A stretch of 64,000 bases of DNA. Source: a bacterium (GTDB taxonomy: Bacteria; Patescibacteriota; Patescibacteriia; S139-126). Below the pieces are notes generated by a model. That model saw only the letters and a list, made by a program, of their open reading frames with translations. It searched no databases and was not told where the DNA came from. The stretch covers positions 44,753 to 108,752 of the forward strand of contig DAOUWZ010000001.1 in assembly GCA_030666865.1 (NCBI GenBank). The letters run 5' to 3'. This document shows positions 47,386 through 58,329 of the stretch, piece by piece. Each line of letters opens with the position of its first letter. The first letter of the stretch is position 1. The translations under genes were made by a program, and so were the position numbers.

Positions 47386-48666
47386 CTAATCAGACACTTT
47401 CTCTTTCAATAAATCAATTACCTTTCTGTTAGTCAAGGTGTGAAATATATAATCTTTAAAACTATCTGACTTTAAATTTTCTTCTACTTCTGGTTGACCT
47501 TTATGCTGCTCTTTCATTTTTTCAATTTCTTGCTCAACCTCTTTCTGACTTGCTTCTACTTTATTGTCTTCTGCAAATTTTCTAGCAATCAAAGCTGTTT
47601 TTACTCTTTTGATAGCTGGCTGATCCCACTCTTTATGTAAATCTTCTTCAGTTTTATTTATTCTATCTAAATATTGTTTCAAATTAATCCCTTGCCCGGA
47701 TAAATTTTCTTCCAACTCGTGCTTCATCTTGCGCTTTTCGTTATCAATAAGCACTTTTGGTATTTGCGATATCTCTGACAATTCCATCAACTTTTCTAAT
47801 ATCTCTACTTCAAATTTTTGATCGGCTTTAGCTGTTTTGTCAGTTTGTAAATTTTTCTTTACTTGTTCCTTTAATTCACCCAAATTCTTATAATTACCGG
47901 CTTGTTTGGCTAACTCATCGTCAATTTTGGGAAGAATTCTTTCAAATACAGACAAAAGTTTTACTTCAAAATCAGCTTCCTTGCCAGCCAAATCAGGCTT
48001 GTAATCTGCTGGCATTTTTAGTTTAAATTTCTTCGTCTCATCCTTTTTCATACCAACCACATTTTCTTCAAAACCAGGAATAAACATCTTGTCTCCGATA
48101 ACTAATGGATATTTTTTAGCGCTACCGCCTTCAATAACCACATTATCTATTTTTACTTCAAAATCAATTTCAACTTTATCACCACTTTTTACTGCTCTTG
48201 AAACCAATTGTTCTTTGACACGCATTTTTTGCAAATCTTTTATGATTTGATTGATCTCCTTATCTTCAATTTTAACTTCTGATCGATTAACCTTAACTTT
48301 ATTTACATCACCAACTGTTACCTCGGGTAATAAAGCAACTTGAGCTGTATATTCAATATCATTATCTGGCACCATCTTCTTTATTTCTATTTTTGGCTGT
48401 CCAATTGATAATATTTTTTCTTGTTTAAGGGCTTGGTAATATGTATTGGTGATTATTTCGTCAATTGCTTTCTCAAGCACTGCCATAGCTCCATGCGCTT
48501 TTTCTACTACTTCCCGAGAAGCCTTGCCTGGTCTGAAACCGTCAATTGGTTTTTGTTCAGACAAAATTTTAGCAGCTCTATTTAAATAATCTTGCTGTTC
48601 ATCAACAAAAATTGTGATAGTTAATAACTTTTCTCCTTGTTCTAAATCTTTTGTTTCTACTTTCAT
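47386..48666 (-). CDS. tig: Trigger factor
   Basis: DGFRPGKA signature, FKBP-type FIPGFEE. Confidence 0.96.
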   Translation of the reverse strand: MKVETKDLEQGEKLLTITIFVDEQQDYLNRAAKILSEQKPIDGFRPGKASREVVEKAHGAMAVLEKAIDEIITNTYYQALKQEKILSIGQPKIEIKKMVPDNDIEYTAQVALLPEVTVGDVNKVKVNRSEVKIEDKEINQIIKDLQKMRVKEQLVSRAVKSGDKVEIDFEVKIDNVVIEGGSAKKYPLVIGDKMFIPGFEENVVGMKKDETKKFKLKMPADYKPDLAGKEADFEVKLLSVFERILPKIDDELAKQAGNYKNLGELKEQVKKNLQTDKTAKADQKFEVEILEKLMELSEISQIPKVLIDNEKRKMKHELEENLSGQGINLKQYLDRINKTEEDLHKEWDQPAIKRVKTALIARKFAEDNKVEASQKEVEQEIEKMKEQHKGQPEVEENLKSDSFKDYIFHTLTNRKVIDLLKEKVSD

Positions 48667-48741
48667 TAGAATAATATAAATAATTAAGTAAAATAATTTT
48701 ATACTAATTTCACAAATATATCAATATTGATATATTTTACA

Positions 48742-48770
48742 TTGATTTTTTACCCACTTTTTGCTATAAT
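48742..48770 (+). promoter_or_regulatory. Sigma70 promoter for the yebC-ruvC-glycogen operon
   Basis: TTGATT-17 nt-TATAAT with extended TG. Confidence 0.65.
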
Positions 48771-48893
48771 TTATATATGATAAATACTGATTTCCGCTAA
48801 CTAAAATACGGATTTTTTTTATGCTCTTTTCTGTATTAAATAAATGTAATAAAATTACATTATACCTAATACCTGGTACTAAATACTTAACTT

Positions 48894-49610
48894 ATGTCCG
48901 GACACTCAAAATGGTCAAAAATTAAAAGACAAAAAGGCGCCCTGGATGCTAAAAGGGGTAATTTATTTACCAAGTTAGCAAACGCTATTTCAATGGCTGC
49001 TAAAGAAGGTGGTGATGACCCAGACATGAACTTTAAACTCCGCCTGGCCATGGATAAAGCCAAACAAGCTAACATGCCCAAAAATAATATTGATCGAGCT
49101 ATTAAAAGAGGGGCTGGACTCTTGGCTGGTGGTCAACTAGAACAGCTAACTTATGAAGGATTTGGTCCAGAAAAAATAGGTGTTATTATTGAAGTAGTTA
49201 CTGATAATAGAAACAGGGCATCCTCAAACATTAAACATATCTTGGCAAAATATGACGGAGCACTTGGTAGTAATGGCTCTGTTTCTTGGATGTTTGACTA
49301 TAAGGGAATTGTTATATGTGAATCAATCAAACCTCTTAGTGAAAAACAAGAACTGGAACTTATTGAAGGCGGTGCTGAAGATTGGGAAATAGACGAAAGT
49401 CAATTAATCATTTATACATCTATAGATAATTTACAAAAATTATCAAAAAATTTATCAACTATTGGAATAGAAATCACTTCATCAGAGCTTGTTTACCTAC
49501 CAAAAAAAACGATCAAAATAAACAATCCAGGAAAATGGCAAAAATTTATCAATACTCTTGAAGCAGATGATGATGTAATTAATTATTATTCAAATGGTGA
49601 ACAAGGATAA
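48894..49610 (+). CDS. yebC: YebC/PmpR family protein
   Basis: MSGHSKWSKIKRQKG, YEGFGP, TDNRNR. Confidence 0.95.
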   Translation: MSGHSKWSKIKRQKGALDAKRGNLFTKLANAISMAAKEGGDDPDMNFKLRLAMDKAKQANMPKNNIDRAIKRGAGLLAGGQLEQLTYEGFGPEKIGVIIEVVTDNRNRASSNIKHILAKYDGALGSNGSVSWMFDYKGIVICESIKPLSEKQELELIEGGAEDWEIDESQLIIYTSIDNLQKLSKNLSTIGIEITSSELVYLPKKTIKINNPGKWQKFINTLEADDDVINYYSNGEQG

Positions 49611-50091
49611 TACAATAATTTTAGGCATTGATCCTGGCTTTGCTATCACAGGTTTCGCTTTTTTATTAAAACAAAAAAATGAATTGAAAGTTATTGATTA
49701 TGGTGTTATCAAAACATCTGCTTCAGAAAGCTTTGATAAAAGACTAAAAAAAATATACACTAAACTTGATAAATTAATAAGAAAATATCAACCTCAAATT
49801 CTTGCGATTGAAGATTTGTTTTTTGCTAAAAATGCCAAAACCGCTATAAAGGTAGGACAAGCTAGAGGAGTTGTGGTCTTATGCGGTGTCTTAAATGAAT
49901 TAAAAATTTATGACTTTACTCCCCTGCAGATTAAACAAGCAGTAACCACTTACGGTCGAGCAGAAAAAACACAAGTACAAAAAATGATAAAATTATTACT
50001 TAATTTAAAAACCATCCCTCAGCCTGATGACGCGGCTGATGCTTTAGCAATAGCATATGCCTGCGCTCAATCACTAACAACAAAATTATGA
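49594..50091 (+). CDS. ruvC: Holliday junction resolvase
   Basis: ILGIDPG, EDLFF, QARGV, DDAADALA. Confidence 0.96.
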   Translation: MVNKDNTIILGIDPGFAITGFAFLLKQKNELKVIDYGVIKTSASESFDKRLKKIYTKLDKLIRKYQPQILAIEDLFFAKNAKTAIKVGQARGVVVLCGVLNELKIYDFTPLQIKQAVTTYGRAEKTQVQKMIKLLLNLKTIPQPDDAADALAIAYACAQSLTTKL

Positions 50092-51584
50092 CTAAAAATA
50101 AATTAAAAATAATTTCTATTTGTAGTGAACTTGATCCATTTGCTAAAACCGGTGGTATGGCAGATGTTGCCAGATCTCTGCCAAAATCTTTGAAAAAACT
50201 TGGACATTTTGTTAGAGTAGTCGCCCCCCTATATTCACAAATAGACAAAGTTAAACATAAATTAAAATTGATAAAAGAAAACATTCCTTTAAAAATTGAT
50301 AAGAGTAAGACTGTGTCAATTAATATTTGGCAGGGATTTTTAATGGAAAATCTCCCTATTTATTTCATTGAGGAAAAAAACATTTTATCATACCAGTATT
50401 CAAAAGAAAACCGACCACAAGAATTATATATTGGAGTACATGACGCCCAAAGATTCTATATTTTTGACCTAGCTACTATTGAATTATTAAAAATACTTGA
50501 TATTAAACCTGATATAATACAATGCCACGATTGGCAAACTGGATTAATTCCTTACTTATTGAAAAATAACTATAAAGCAGACACACACTTCATAAACACA
50601 GCTATAGTATATACTATTCACAACCTCACCTATCAAATGGGGATCAATTGGTGGGAAATTCCTCTTGATAAAAGAGAAAGCGGGTTGGGAGAGTTGCCAC
50701 TATTCACTAGCAAAGACTTATTAAAGAATGTAAATTTTGCTAAAAGAGCAATCCGGAATACAGATATTATTAACACGGTTTCAGAAAAATATTCTGAAGA
50801 AATAATGACAAAAAAATTTGGAAACGAACTCCACGCTGTTTTGAAATACAAGAAGGATGGGGTGTTTGGAATAATTAATGGTATTGATTATTCAGATTGG
50901 AATCCATCTACAGATCCTGGGCTTGAATGTCAGTATGATTTTGATTCTTTATCTGGTAAAACAAAAAATAAGTTGTATTTACAAAAATTTTTAAATCTGA
51001 CTGAAGAGGTCAAAATTCCTATAATTAGTTGGACATCCCGGTTAACCGAACAAAAAGGTATTGAACTTATTAAAGAAATAATCGAACCAATATTAAGAAT
51101 GAATGTTCAATTGGTAATTTTGGGCGAAGGAGCTAAACAATACGAAGAATATTTTAGAAAATTAAGCAAAAAACATCCGAAAAAAATAGCTGCCATGTTT
51201 GATTTTGACAATCAAAAAGAAACTATGATTCTGGCTGGAGCTGATATTTTTTTACTACCATCAAGATTCGAACCTTGCGGTCTAGCGCAAATGAAAAGCC
51301 TGCGCTATGGAACTATTCCAGTTGTACACGCTGTCGGGGGTTTGGTTGACACAATTATAGACTTTAATCCTAAAACAAACAAAGGTAATGGGTTTGTTTT
51401 TACTCGCTACGATTCAAGAGATTTGTTAATAGCTATAACCAGAGCGGTTGAAAATCATAAACATCGTGACACCTGGCTCAGATTGGTAAGAAAAGCTATG
51501 CAACAATCTTTTTCTTGGGAAATTCCTGCTCAAAAATATGTACTACTATTTAAAAAAGCTATTAGAAATCATCAAAATATATGA
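50088..51584 (+). CDS. glgA: Glycogen synthase (GT5), copy 1
   Basis: KTGGMADV, HDWQ, TIHNL, INGID, SRFEPCGL. Confidence 0.92.
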   Translation: MTKNKLKIISICSELDPFAKTGGMADVARSLPKSLKKLGHFVRVVAPLYSQIDKVKHKLKLIKENIPLKIDKSKTVSINIWQGFLMENLPIYFIEEKNILSYQYSKENRPQELYIGVHDAQRFYIFDLATIELLKILDIKPDIIQCHDWQTGLIPYLLKNNYKADTHFINTAIVYTIHNLTYQMGINWWEIPLDKRESGLGELPLFTSKDLLKNVNFAKRAIRNTDIINTVSEKYSEEIMTKKFGNELHAVLKYKKDGVFGIINGIDYSDWNPSTDPGLECQYDFDSLSGKTKNKLYLQKFLNLTEEVKIPIISWTSRLTEQKGIELIKEIIEPILRMNVQLVILGEGAKQYEEYFRKLSKKHPKKIAAMFDFDNQKETMILAGADIFLLPSRFEPCGLAQMKSLRYGTIPVVHAVGGLVDTIIDFNPKTNKGNGFVFTRYDSRDLLIAITRAVENHKHRDTWLRLVRKAMQQSFSWEIPAQKYVLLFKKAIRNHQNI

Positions 51585-52735
51585 AAAAAACTAATTGGAT
51601 AAATTTTCTTCATTTTTATTTACCTCCCACTTCTGATCCAGAAATAATTCATGAAGCAGCGAGTCGTAGTTATGATTGGATTGCCGAAATGGCTGTCAAA
51701 TATTCTGATTTCCGTTTTACCTTCAATATGAATGCTTGTCTTACTGAAATGCTAATACAAAACGGCTATAAAAAATTATTAAGCACTTTTGAAAAACTAA
51801 TAAAAAAAAATCAACTAGAGATTGTGGACTCTTTGGCGTATCATCCTATTGCTCCGTTAATTTCTGAAAATGAAGTAATAGAACAAATAAAAGAAAATCA
51901 AAAAATTAACAGAAGAGTTTTTGGAAAAAAAGCCCATGGTTTTTTCTTGCCAGAAATGGCCTATTCACCAAAAATTGGTAAATTAATTTCTTCTTTGGGA
52001 TATAAATGGCTAATATTAGATGAAATAAGCCATAACGGCAAATTAAATCAAGTTGATTGGCAGAACAAATATACACTTAAAAATACAGACTTAAACATTG
52101 TATATCGTTCACGTTTTTGGTCAAAAGAATACGTTCCTCGATTAATTATAAATAAATCGGATAATTTACCAAAAAATATAATTACCGCCACAGATGGTGA
52201 GCTTTATGGACATAGATTTGTTGATTGGGAAGGATGGCTTGTAAAAATAATAAAAAATAAAAATATTAATTTTTTAACAGTTAGTGAATATTTAAAAAAT
52301 ATTAAAAATACAACCACCACCAGCCCAATATCTTCTAATTGGGAAAGTTTGGAAAAAGAACTAAAAAATAACCGTGCATTTGGTCTTTGGATTAATAAAA
52401 AAAATAATATTCAAAACAAACTTTGGGAATTAGCCTCAACCTCAATTGAACATGTAAAAAATAATAGTAGTGACGAAAATATATTTTGGGCAAAAAGACA
52501 TCTGCGCAGAGGTTTGGCTAGTTGTACTTTTTGGTGGGCATCAGGAAGAGATTTTAGATTGTTTGGACCTCCAGCTTGGAAACCCGATGAAGTAGAAAAA
52601 GGAATCAATGAATTGATTAAAGCAATCCGAACTCTAAAAATATCATCTACAAAAAAAATAGAAGCTGAAAAATTATACACACAAATAAAAAAAGCTTTAT
52701 GGACTAAACATTGGCAAGTGTATGACAAAAAATAA
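51581..52735 (+). CDS. Glycoside hydrolase family 57 protein
   Basis: HFYLPP, YHPIAP, LPEMAY, TDGELYGH, SCTFWW. Confidence 0.85.
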   Translation: MKKTNWINFLHFYLPPTSDPEIIHEAASRSYDWIAEMAVKYSDFRFTFNMNACLTEMLIQNGYKKLLSTFEKLIKKNQLEIVDSLAYHPIAPLISENEVIEQIKENQKINRRVFGKKAHGFFLPEMAYSPKIGKLISSLGYKWLILDEISHNGKLNQVDWQNKYTLKNTDLNIVYRSRFWSKEYVPRLIINKSDNLPKNIITATDGELYGHRFVDWEGWLVKIIKNKNINFLTVSEYLKNIKNTTTTSPISSNWESLEKELKNNRAFGLWINKKNNIQNKLWELASTSIEHVKNNSSDENIFWAKRHLRRGLASCTFWWASGRDFRLFGPPAWKPDEVEKGINELIKAIRTLKISSTKKIEAEKLYTQIKKALWTKHWQVYDKK

Positions 52736-54761
52736 ATTCACAACCAAACAAATCGAAGTTATTGTAAAAAAAGTATCAAAAAAATTTAATCTCACGCCCC
52801 AATATATTATGAGTACTAGTGGTGAATTTTTTGTTAAAACCTATGTTGTAAATAAAAAAACTTACTTATTGAAAATAAGAAAATTAAAATCACCAAAAAA
52901 CAAACAAAGATTTATCAAAGAAATAAATATCAACCACTTACTATCTAAAAAAAACATACCCTATCTAGAAACTCCTAAATTTATAGAATCAAATACAAAA
53001 CTCAAACCTGAATATTTATTATACGAGCTAATTAATGGCACGCCTTTAAATACTTATTATTTTTATTTAGGCACTAGGCGAACGCAAAATTTACTAAACT
53101 CTCATTTTTTAGAAATTATACAAAATATTCAAAAAATTAAACCAACTAAAAAACTGGGATTAAAAAAATTTTATTTTCAAAACAATTATAATGAATATTT
53201 AAAATATGAAAAATATTTAAAAAAATATTTATCAACAAAAAATTTGCGTAGAATTAAAAAAGCTCTGCAATTAAATAAACATTATTTAAATAATTGCGAT
53301 TTGGTAATTACCCATGGTGATTTAAATCCCAAAAATCTTATTTTAAAAAATAATAAATTAGCCATCATTGACTGGAGTGACACTCATCTTAACAATCCTT
53401 TATTTGATTTATGCTCTTTGTACATGTATTCATGGAACATACCTGAAGTAGAAAAAAATATAAAAAAATATATAAATGAAAAATATCAAAACATAGAGAA
53501 TGTTGATAAATTATATTTAATCAACCGCATTATATCAACTCCTAAAATTATAAAAATTACAGAAGACTCAATTAAAGGTTTAAAACTTGATAAAAAAAAT
53601 AAAATTATCTTGCCAACTACTGAAAAAAAACTTGAACGCAAAGCAGAAAAAGCTATTAAAACTCATATTGAATCGTTACTTGATATTATCGAGCATTTTG
53701 AATTATGGCAAAAACCAATTCCTGTTATAAAATCTATAGACAAATTCTGTAATACAATATTTATAAAAAAATTCTTACATCAAGAAAAAGATAATTTGAA
53801 TATCAATATCAATTATAACGACTTATCTGTTAAAAGATTGCGCTTGACCATTAGACCTGGTGATCAAAAATTAATATCACAATACACTTTAACTGATAAG
53901 AATAAACGAAAAATAATAATAATGGCAAAAATCAGAATGGAAAGAGGTGACGATTTAGCCAAGCAGTCATATCAAACAATTAAAGCTATCTGGAACAATA
54001 AAAAAAATAAGCACATGATTTCAAAACCGCTTAATTATTATAAAAAATACAACTTGTATTTATATAATAAAACAATAGGTGATTCAATTTCCTTATTAAT
54101 AGAAAATAAAAAAATAAACAAAAATACTCTCAAAAAGCATGTTAAACAAGCAGGTGAAACCATGTCTGAACTTCACAATATTGATATTACCAATTTTTCA
54201 AAAATAAAATTTATAGATAATTATGGCACAGATGAACAGCTAAAATGGTTTAAGTTCTATTTAAATAAAATACCCCAACTAGATACTAAAAAAAACCATT
54301 CTTTGCCCAAAAAAACTAAAAATTTGATTGACAAATATTTAAATAATAATCAAAAAACTTTCGTCCATGGCGATTTTCAATTACAAAACCTCATTGTTCA
54401 TAAAAATAAAATAAAACTTATTGATTTTGATAACTCTGATATTAATGATCCGTTGCTAGATGTTGGAAATTTTCTAAATCAACTTAATTATAAAGGATTA
54501 TTAAAAGAAGGGGTTGACGATTTAAGAAAAATATTTTTAAAATCATATTTAAAAAATAACCCCAAATTATCTAAAATAAATTTTAACGAGAGATTAAATA
54601 TTTACATCATCATGGGGATTATAAAAAATATCAATTTCAATTGTTTGTCAGGAGATTTTGTCATTGCCAAACATGATATTAAAAAATTATTTTTTCTCAT
54701 AAAAAATCTTTCTAAAAATCCTCTTGTTAATCTAAAAAGTATAAAAAAATTTATTCATTAA
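52722..54761 (+). CDS. Tandem two-domain APH/choline-kinase-fold phosphotransferase
   Basis: HGDLNPKN..IDW and HGDFQLQN..IDFD. Confidence 0.82.
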   Translation: MTKNKFTTKQIEVIVKKVSKKFNLTPQYIMSTSGEFFVKTYVVNKKTYLLKIRKLKSPKNKQRFIKEININHLLSKKNIPYLETPKFIESNTKLKPEYLLYELINGTPLNTYYFYLGTRRTQNLLNSHFLEIIQNIQKIKPTKKLGLKKFYFQNNYNEYLKYEKYLKKYLSTKNLRRIKKALQLNKHYLNNCDLVITHGDLNPKNLILKNNKLAIIDWSDTHLNNPLFDLCSLYMYSWNIPEVEKNIKKYINEKYQNIENVDKLYLINRIISTPKIIKITEDSIKGLKLDKKNKIILPTTEKKLERKAEKAIKTHIESLLDIIEHFELWQKPIPVIKSIDKFCNTIFIKKFLHQEKDNLNININYNDLSVKRLRLTIRPGDQKLISQYTLTDKNKRKIIIMAKIRMERGDDLAKQSYQTIKAIWNNKKNKHMISKPLNYYKKYNLYLYNKTIGDSISLLIENKKINKNTLKKHVKQAGETMSELHNIDITNFSKIKFIDNYGTDEQLKWFKFYLNKIPQLDTKKNHSLPKKTKNLIDKYLNNNQKTFVHGDFQLQNLIVHKNKIKLIDFDNSDINDPLLDVGNFLNQLNYKGLLKEGVDDLRKIFLKSYLKNNPKLSKINFNERLNIYIIMGIIKNINFNCLSGDFVIAKHDIKKLFFLIKNLSKNPLVNLKSIKKFIH

Positions 54762-54763
54762 TT

Positions 54764-55705
54764 ATGGAGACCAAAAAAATTAAAGAATATCTAATAAACA
54801 ATAATTTATTTAGAAAACCAAAAATAAACACCTTGGGTAAGGGAAATATTCATAATGCTTGGCTAATAAAAGAAGGAAAAGAAAAATACTGTTTACTTGC
54901 AAATAATAATATCTTAATAAAAGACAATGGCCTAGAAAGACAATATCTTAATTTAAAATTTTTAGAAGATGAAAAAATTAACTTCTGCTCTAAACCAATA
55001 TTTTTTGATAAAAAAAATAAAATACTCATATACACATACATACCAGGTAATACTCTAAATAACAAAACTATAAATAAAACTACTATTAATAATATAGCCA
55101 CTAACATTTATAAAATTCACAACATTCCTTATAAAAACTACAAAAAATTTACTAAAAAAAATAACATTAAACCCCTTTTACCTCAAACACCCATTGAAAA
55201 CTTGCATCAATATGGAATAAACAGATTCAAATACATAAAAAAATACAATTACGACAAAAATCTAACCAAATGGATAGAATCTCAACTTCAAGAAACAAAA
55301 AAATATGTAAAAGAATTGGGCTACTTCAAAAAAAACATTATTTTTGATCATGCTGATATTACAAAAAACAATGTAATAAAAAATAAACAAGGAATTTTTT
55401 TTATTGATTGGGAACAAGCTAAATACTTATATAACATTGATTATGGTCTTACCTATATATATATTCACGGTGGATTTAATGATAGAGAATTTATGCAATT
55501 GATTGAATTGTATGCTAGTTTGGAAAAACTATCACCAAGTATTTTATACAATAAGGTAAAAGAATTAGAAAAAATAAATAAAATAAAGGATATTGTTTGG
55601 GCAGCTATGGTGTATACTGAGGTTAAGTTTAAAAAATTAAAAAAAGATGAATATTATAAAAAAATAATTGATAAAAGAATTAGAGAATTCAAAAAGTTAA
55701 TTTAA
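54764..55705 (+). CDS. APH/choline-kinase-fold phosphotransferase
   Basis: LGKGNIH, HADITKNN, FIDWE. Confidence 0.8.
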   Translation: METKKIKEYLINNNLFRKPKINTLGKGNIHNAWLIKEGKEKYCLLANNNILIKDNGLERQYLNLKFLEDEKINFCSKPIFFDKKNKILIYTYIPGNTLNNKTINKTTINNIATNIYKIHNIPYKNYKKFTKKNNIKPLLPQTPIENLHQYGINRFKYIKKYNYDKNLTKWIESQLQETKKYVKELGYFKKNIIFDHADITKNNVIKNKQGIFFIDWEQAKYLYNIDYGLTYIYIHGGFNDREFMQLIELYASLEKLSPSILYNKVKELEKINKIKDIVWAAMVYTEVKFKKLKKDEYYKKIIDKRIREFKKLI

Positions 55706-55710
55706 TATAT

Positions 55711-57165
55711 ATGCAAGATAAAAGAAAAATAAATGTGCTTATGGCCGCGGCCGAATGCTCACCCTTCGCTAAGGTAGGCGGATTGGCTGATGTAGTAGGT
55801 TCTTTGCCAAAAGCATTGCAAAACAAAGGGTGTGTAGTAAAAATAATCATGCCTTTTTACAAAACCATTGACAGTAAAAAATATAATACTAAATTATATA
55901 AAAAATACAGCATAAAATTCAATGGTAAAAATGAAATAATTGAGATACACAAAACTTTTTTACCGGGCAGCAAGGTTGGCGTATTTTTACTTAAAAATAA
56001 TTCTTATATTTCTAATGGAAATATTTATCAAAAAGGTTTTAATGACTTGAATCAAAAAAGATTTTCTTTTTTTTCTCTAGCTATATCTCAAGTATTGCCG
56101 CTACTTGGATTCAAGGCAGATATTTTTCATCTACACGATTGGCACACTGGTTTATTAGTTAAATTACTAGCTAGTAATAAAGAATATCAAAATCAAAAAA
56201 TAGTATATACTATCCATAATTTGTCAGTTCAAGGAAGGTGGGACATTAAAAGAGCTAAAAAAATATTTAGGGACTATTTTGATATTTTCACTAAACAAGA
56301 CTTAAAAAACAGTACTTTAAATTTTATGCGACTAGGTATTATTTACTCTGATATTATAAATACTGTCAGTCCAACTTATGCTAAAGAAATTTTAACCAAT
56401 AAATATTCAGAGGGTTTAAAAACAGAACTTACTAAAAGAAAAAAAGATCTATTTGGCATTTTAAATGGCCTAGATTACAGTTTCTTTAATCCAAACACTG
56501 ATAAATTGATTTATAAAAATTTTAATATCAAAAATATTTCCGGAAAAGCAATTAATAAACAAAAATTACTAAGATTACTAAAATTAGCAACCTCTAAAGA
56601 CAAGCCGTTAATTGGCGTTATCTCACGCATATACGATCAAAAAGGTTTGGACTGGGTAGCAAGTATTATCCCAAAATTGGTTAAAAAAAATGCGCAGATT
56701 GTTATTTTAGGAACTGGTGACAAAAATCTTGAAAAAAAATTTATTAATTATGCCAAACAATACCCAAATAATGTTTCTGCTTTAATTAAATTTGACATTG
56801 AATCTGCTCAAAAAATCTATGCAGCTTCAGATATATTTTTAATACCTTCAAGATTTGAACCTTGTGGACTTACTCAAATGATGTCTATGTGTTATGGTAG
56901 TGTACCGATAGTAAGAGCTACTGGAGGTTTAAAAGATACAGTTATCCCCTACAAAAAAACCAATCATAAAATAACTGGCAATGGTTTTGTTTTTACCAAA
57001 GAGAATAGTCAAGCTTTATTTATTACTATTGTCAAAGCTTTAAAAGTATACGATAATAAAAATGACTGGAAAAAATTACGCTATAATTGTTTTAAACAAG
57101 ATTTTTCATGGAATCAATCAGCTAAGGAATATATAAAACTTTATAAAAAAATACTTAATACTTAA
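55711..57165 (+). CDS. glgA: Glycogen synthase (GT5), copy 2
   Basis: KVGGLADV, HDWH, TVSPTYA, SRFEPCGL. Confidence 0.92.
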   Translation: MQDKRKINVLMAAAECSPFAKVGGLADVVGSLPKALQNKGCVVKIIMPFYKTIDSKKYNTKLYKKYSIKFNGKNEIIEIHKTFLPGSKVGVFLLKNNSYISNGNIYQKGFNDLNQKRFSFFSLAISQVLPLLGFKADIFHLHDWHTGLLVKLLASNKEYQNQKIVYTIHNLSVQGRWDIKRAKKIFRDYFDIFTKQDLKNSTLNFMRLGIIYSDIINTVSPTYAKEILTNKYSEGLKTELTKRKKDLFGILNGLDYSFFNPNTDKLIYKNFNIKNISGKAINKQKLLRLLKLATSKDKPLIGVISRIYDQKGLDWVASIIPKLVKKNAQIVILGTGDKNLEKKFINYAKQYPNNVSALIKFDIESAQKIYAASDIFLIPSRFEPCGLTQMMSMCYGSVPIVRATGGLKDTVIPYKKTNHKITGNGFVFTKENSQALFITIVKALKVYDNKNDWKKLRYNCFKQDFSWNQSAKEYIKLYKKILNT

Positions 57166-57189
57166 TTCATTATTCATAATTCTATTACC

Positions 57190-58128
57190 ATGCCCATTAT
57201 CTATGATAAAAAATCAGAAGTCAGAAAAGATTATTTTCTTGAACGTTATGTTATTATTTCCCCAGCTAGGATGAAACGCCCTAAAGATGTGGTGGAAAAC
57301 TCTCACCGACAGCCCGGGCAAAAATGCGTCCTGTGCCCAAATAACGTGGAGCAAGATTTAATTGTTGACTCTATTGGTAGCAAAAAAAACTGGCGGGTAC
57401 TGGCAATTCTTAATAAATTCCCGGCTGTCGCTAGAGAAAGCGCCAAAGCTTATGGAGTTCAGGAAGTAATAATAGAAACTAACCGACACGGACACGAACT
57501 AGGAGACATGACACAAACAGAAATTATGGATGTGCTTAATATGTATGTTAAACGCACTAACAAACTTAGTCAAATAAAAGACATTGACTACATCTTAATT
57601 TTCAAAAACAATGGCGGTCCGGCTGGCGCTTCTCTGCTGCATGCTCATTCACAAATTTTTGCTGCTAAAAAAATCCCACCTGATGTTTTTCATGAACTTG
57701 ATAAAGCTCAAGAGTATAAAATAAAAAATGGCAGTTGTGTTTATGAAGATATTATTAAAAGAGAAATGAAATCACCTCGTTTTGTTTGGAAGGATAAAAA
57801 TGTTATTGTTTTCTGCCCTTACGCTTCAATGTATCATTATGAAGTCTGGATCTTTCCTTTTGCCCACCGTGATAATATTACCAACTTAACTGAAGATGAA
57901 TTAAAATCTGTTGCTAAAGCTATGAAACTGGTCTTAGGAAAAATTAATCAATATAACCTCCCCTATAACTTTTTTATGCACCAATCTATTTCTGATGAAG
58001 ATCAACATTTTTATATAAAAGTACAGCCCAGAGAATCTATTTGGGCCGGCCTTGAACTAGGCGCTGGAATGATAATAAATTCTGTTTCCCCAGAAAGAGC
58101 GGCCAAATTTTATCAAAATAAAAAATAA
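57190..58128 (+). CDS. galT: GalT-family hexose-1-phosphate nucleotidylyltransferase
   Basis: RMKRP, CVLC, NKFPA, GASLLHAHSQ. Confidence 0.85.
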   Translation: MPIIYDKKSEVRKDYFLERYVIISPARMKRPKDVVENSHRQPGQKCVLCPNNVEQDLIVDSIGSKKNWRVLAILNKFPAVARESAKAYGVQEVIIETNRHGHELGDMTQTEIMDVLNMYVKRTNKLSQIKDIDYILIFKNNGGPAGASLLHAHSQIFAAKKIPPDVFHELDKAQEYKIKNGSCVYEDIIKREMKSPRFVWKDKNVIVFCPYASMYHYEVWIFPFAHRDNITNLTEDELKSVAKAMKLVLGKINQYNLPYNFFMHQSISDEDQHFYIKVQPRESIWAGLELGAGMIINSVSPERAAKFYQNKK

Positions 58129-58329
58129 TTTTAAAAAATGAAAAACGGCGATAATGTTTCGCCGCTTTTTTATAAATAATTAAGTCGTAAATTCTGATTA
58201 CAACTGCTGAAATTTTTATTGGATTTCTCTACCCTCTTGTTTAGATGGTTGTTTTTATTAATTAAATTTTAATACTACTTTCAAATATCTTCATATTATT
58301 ACATATAAACTACTATTTACTATCAATGG

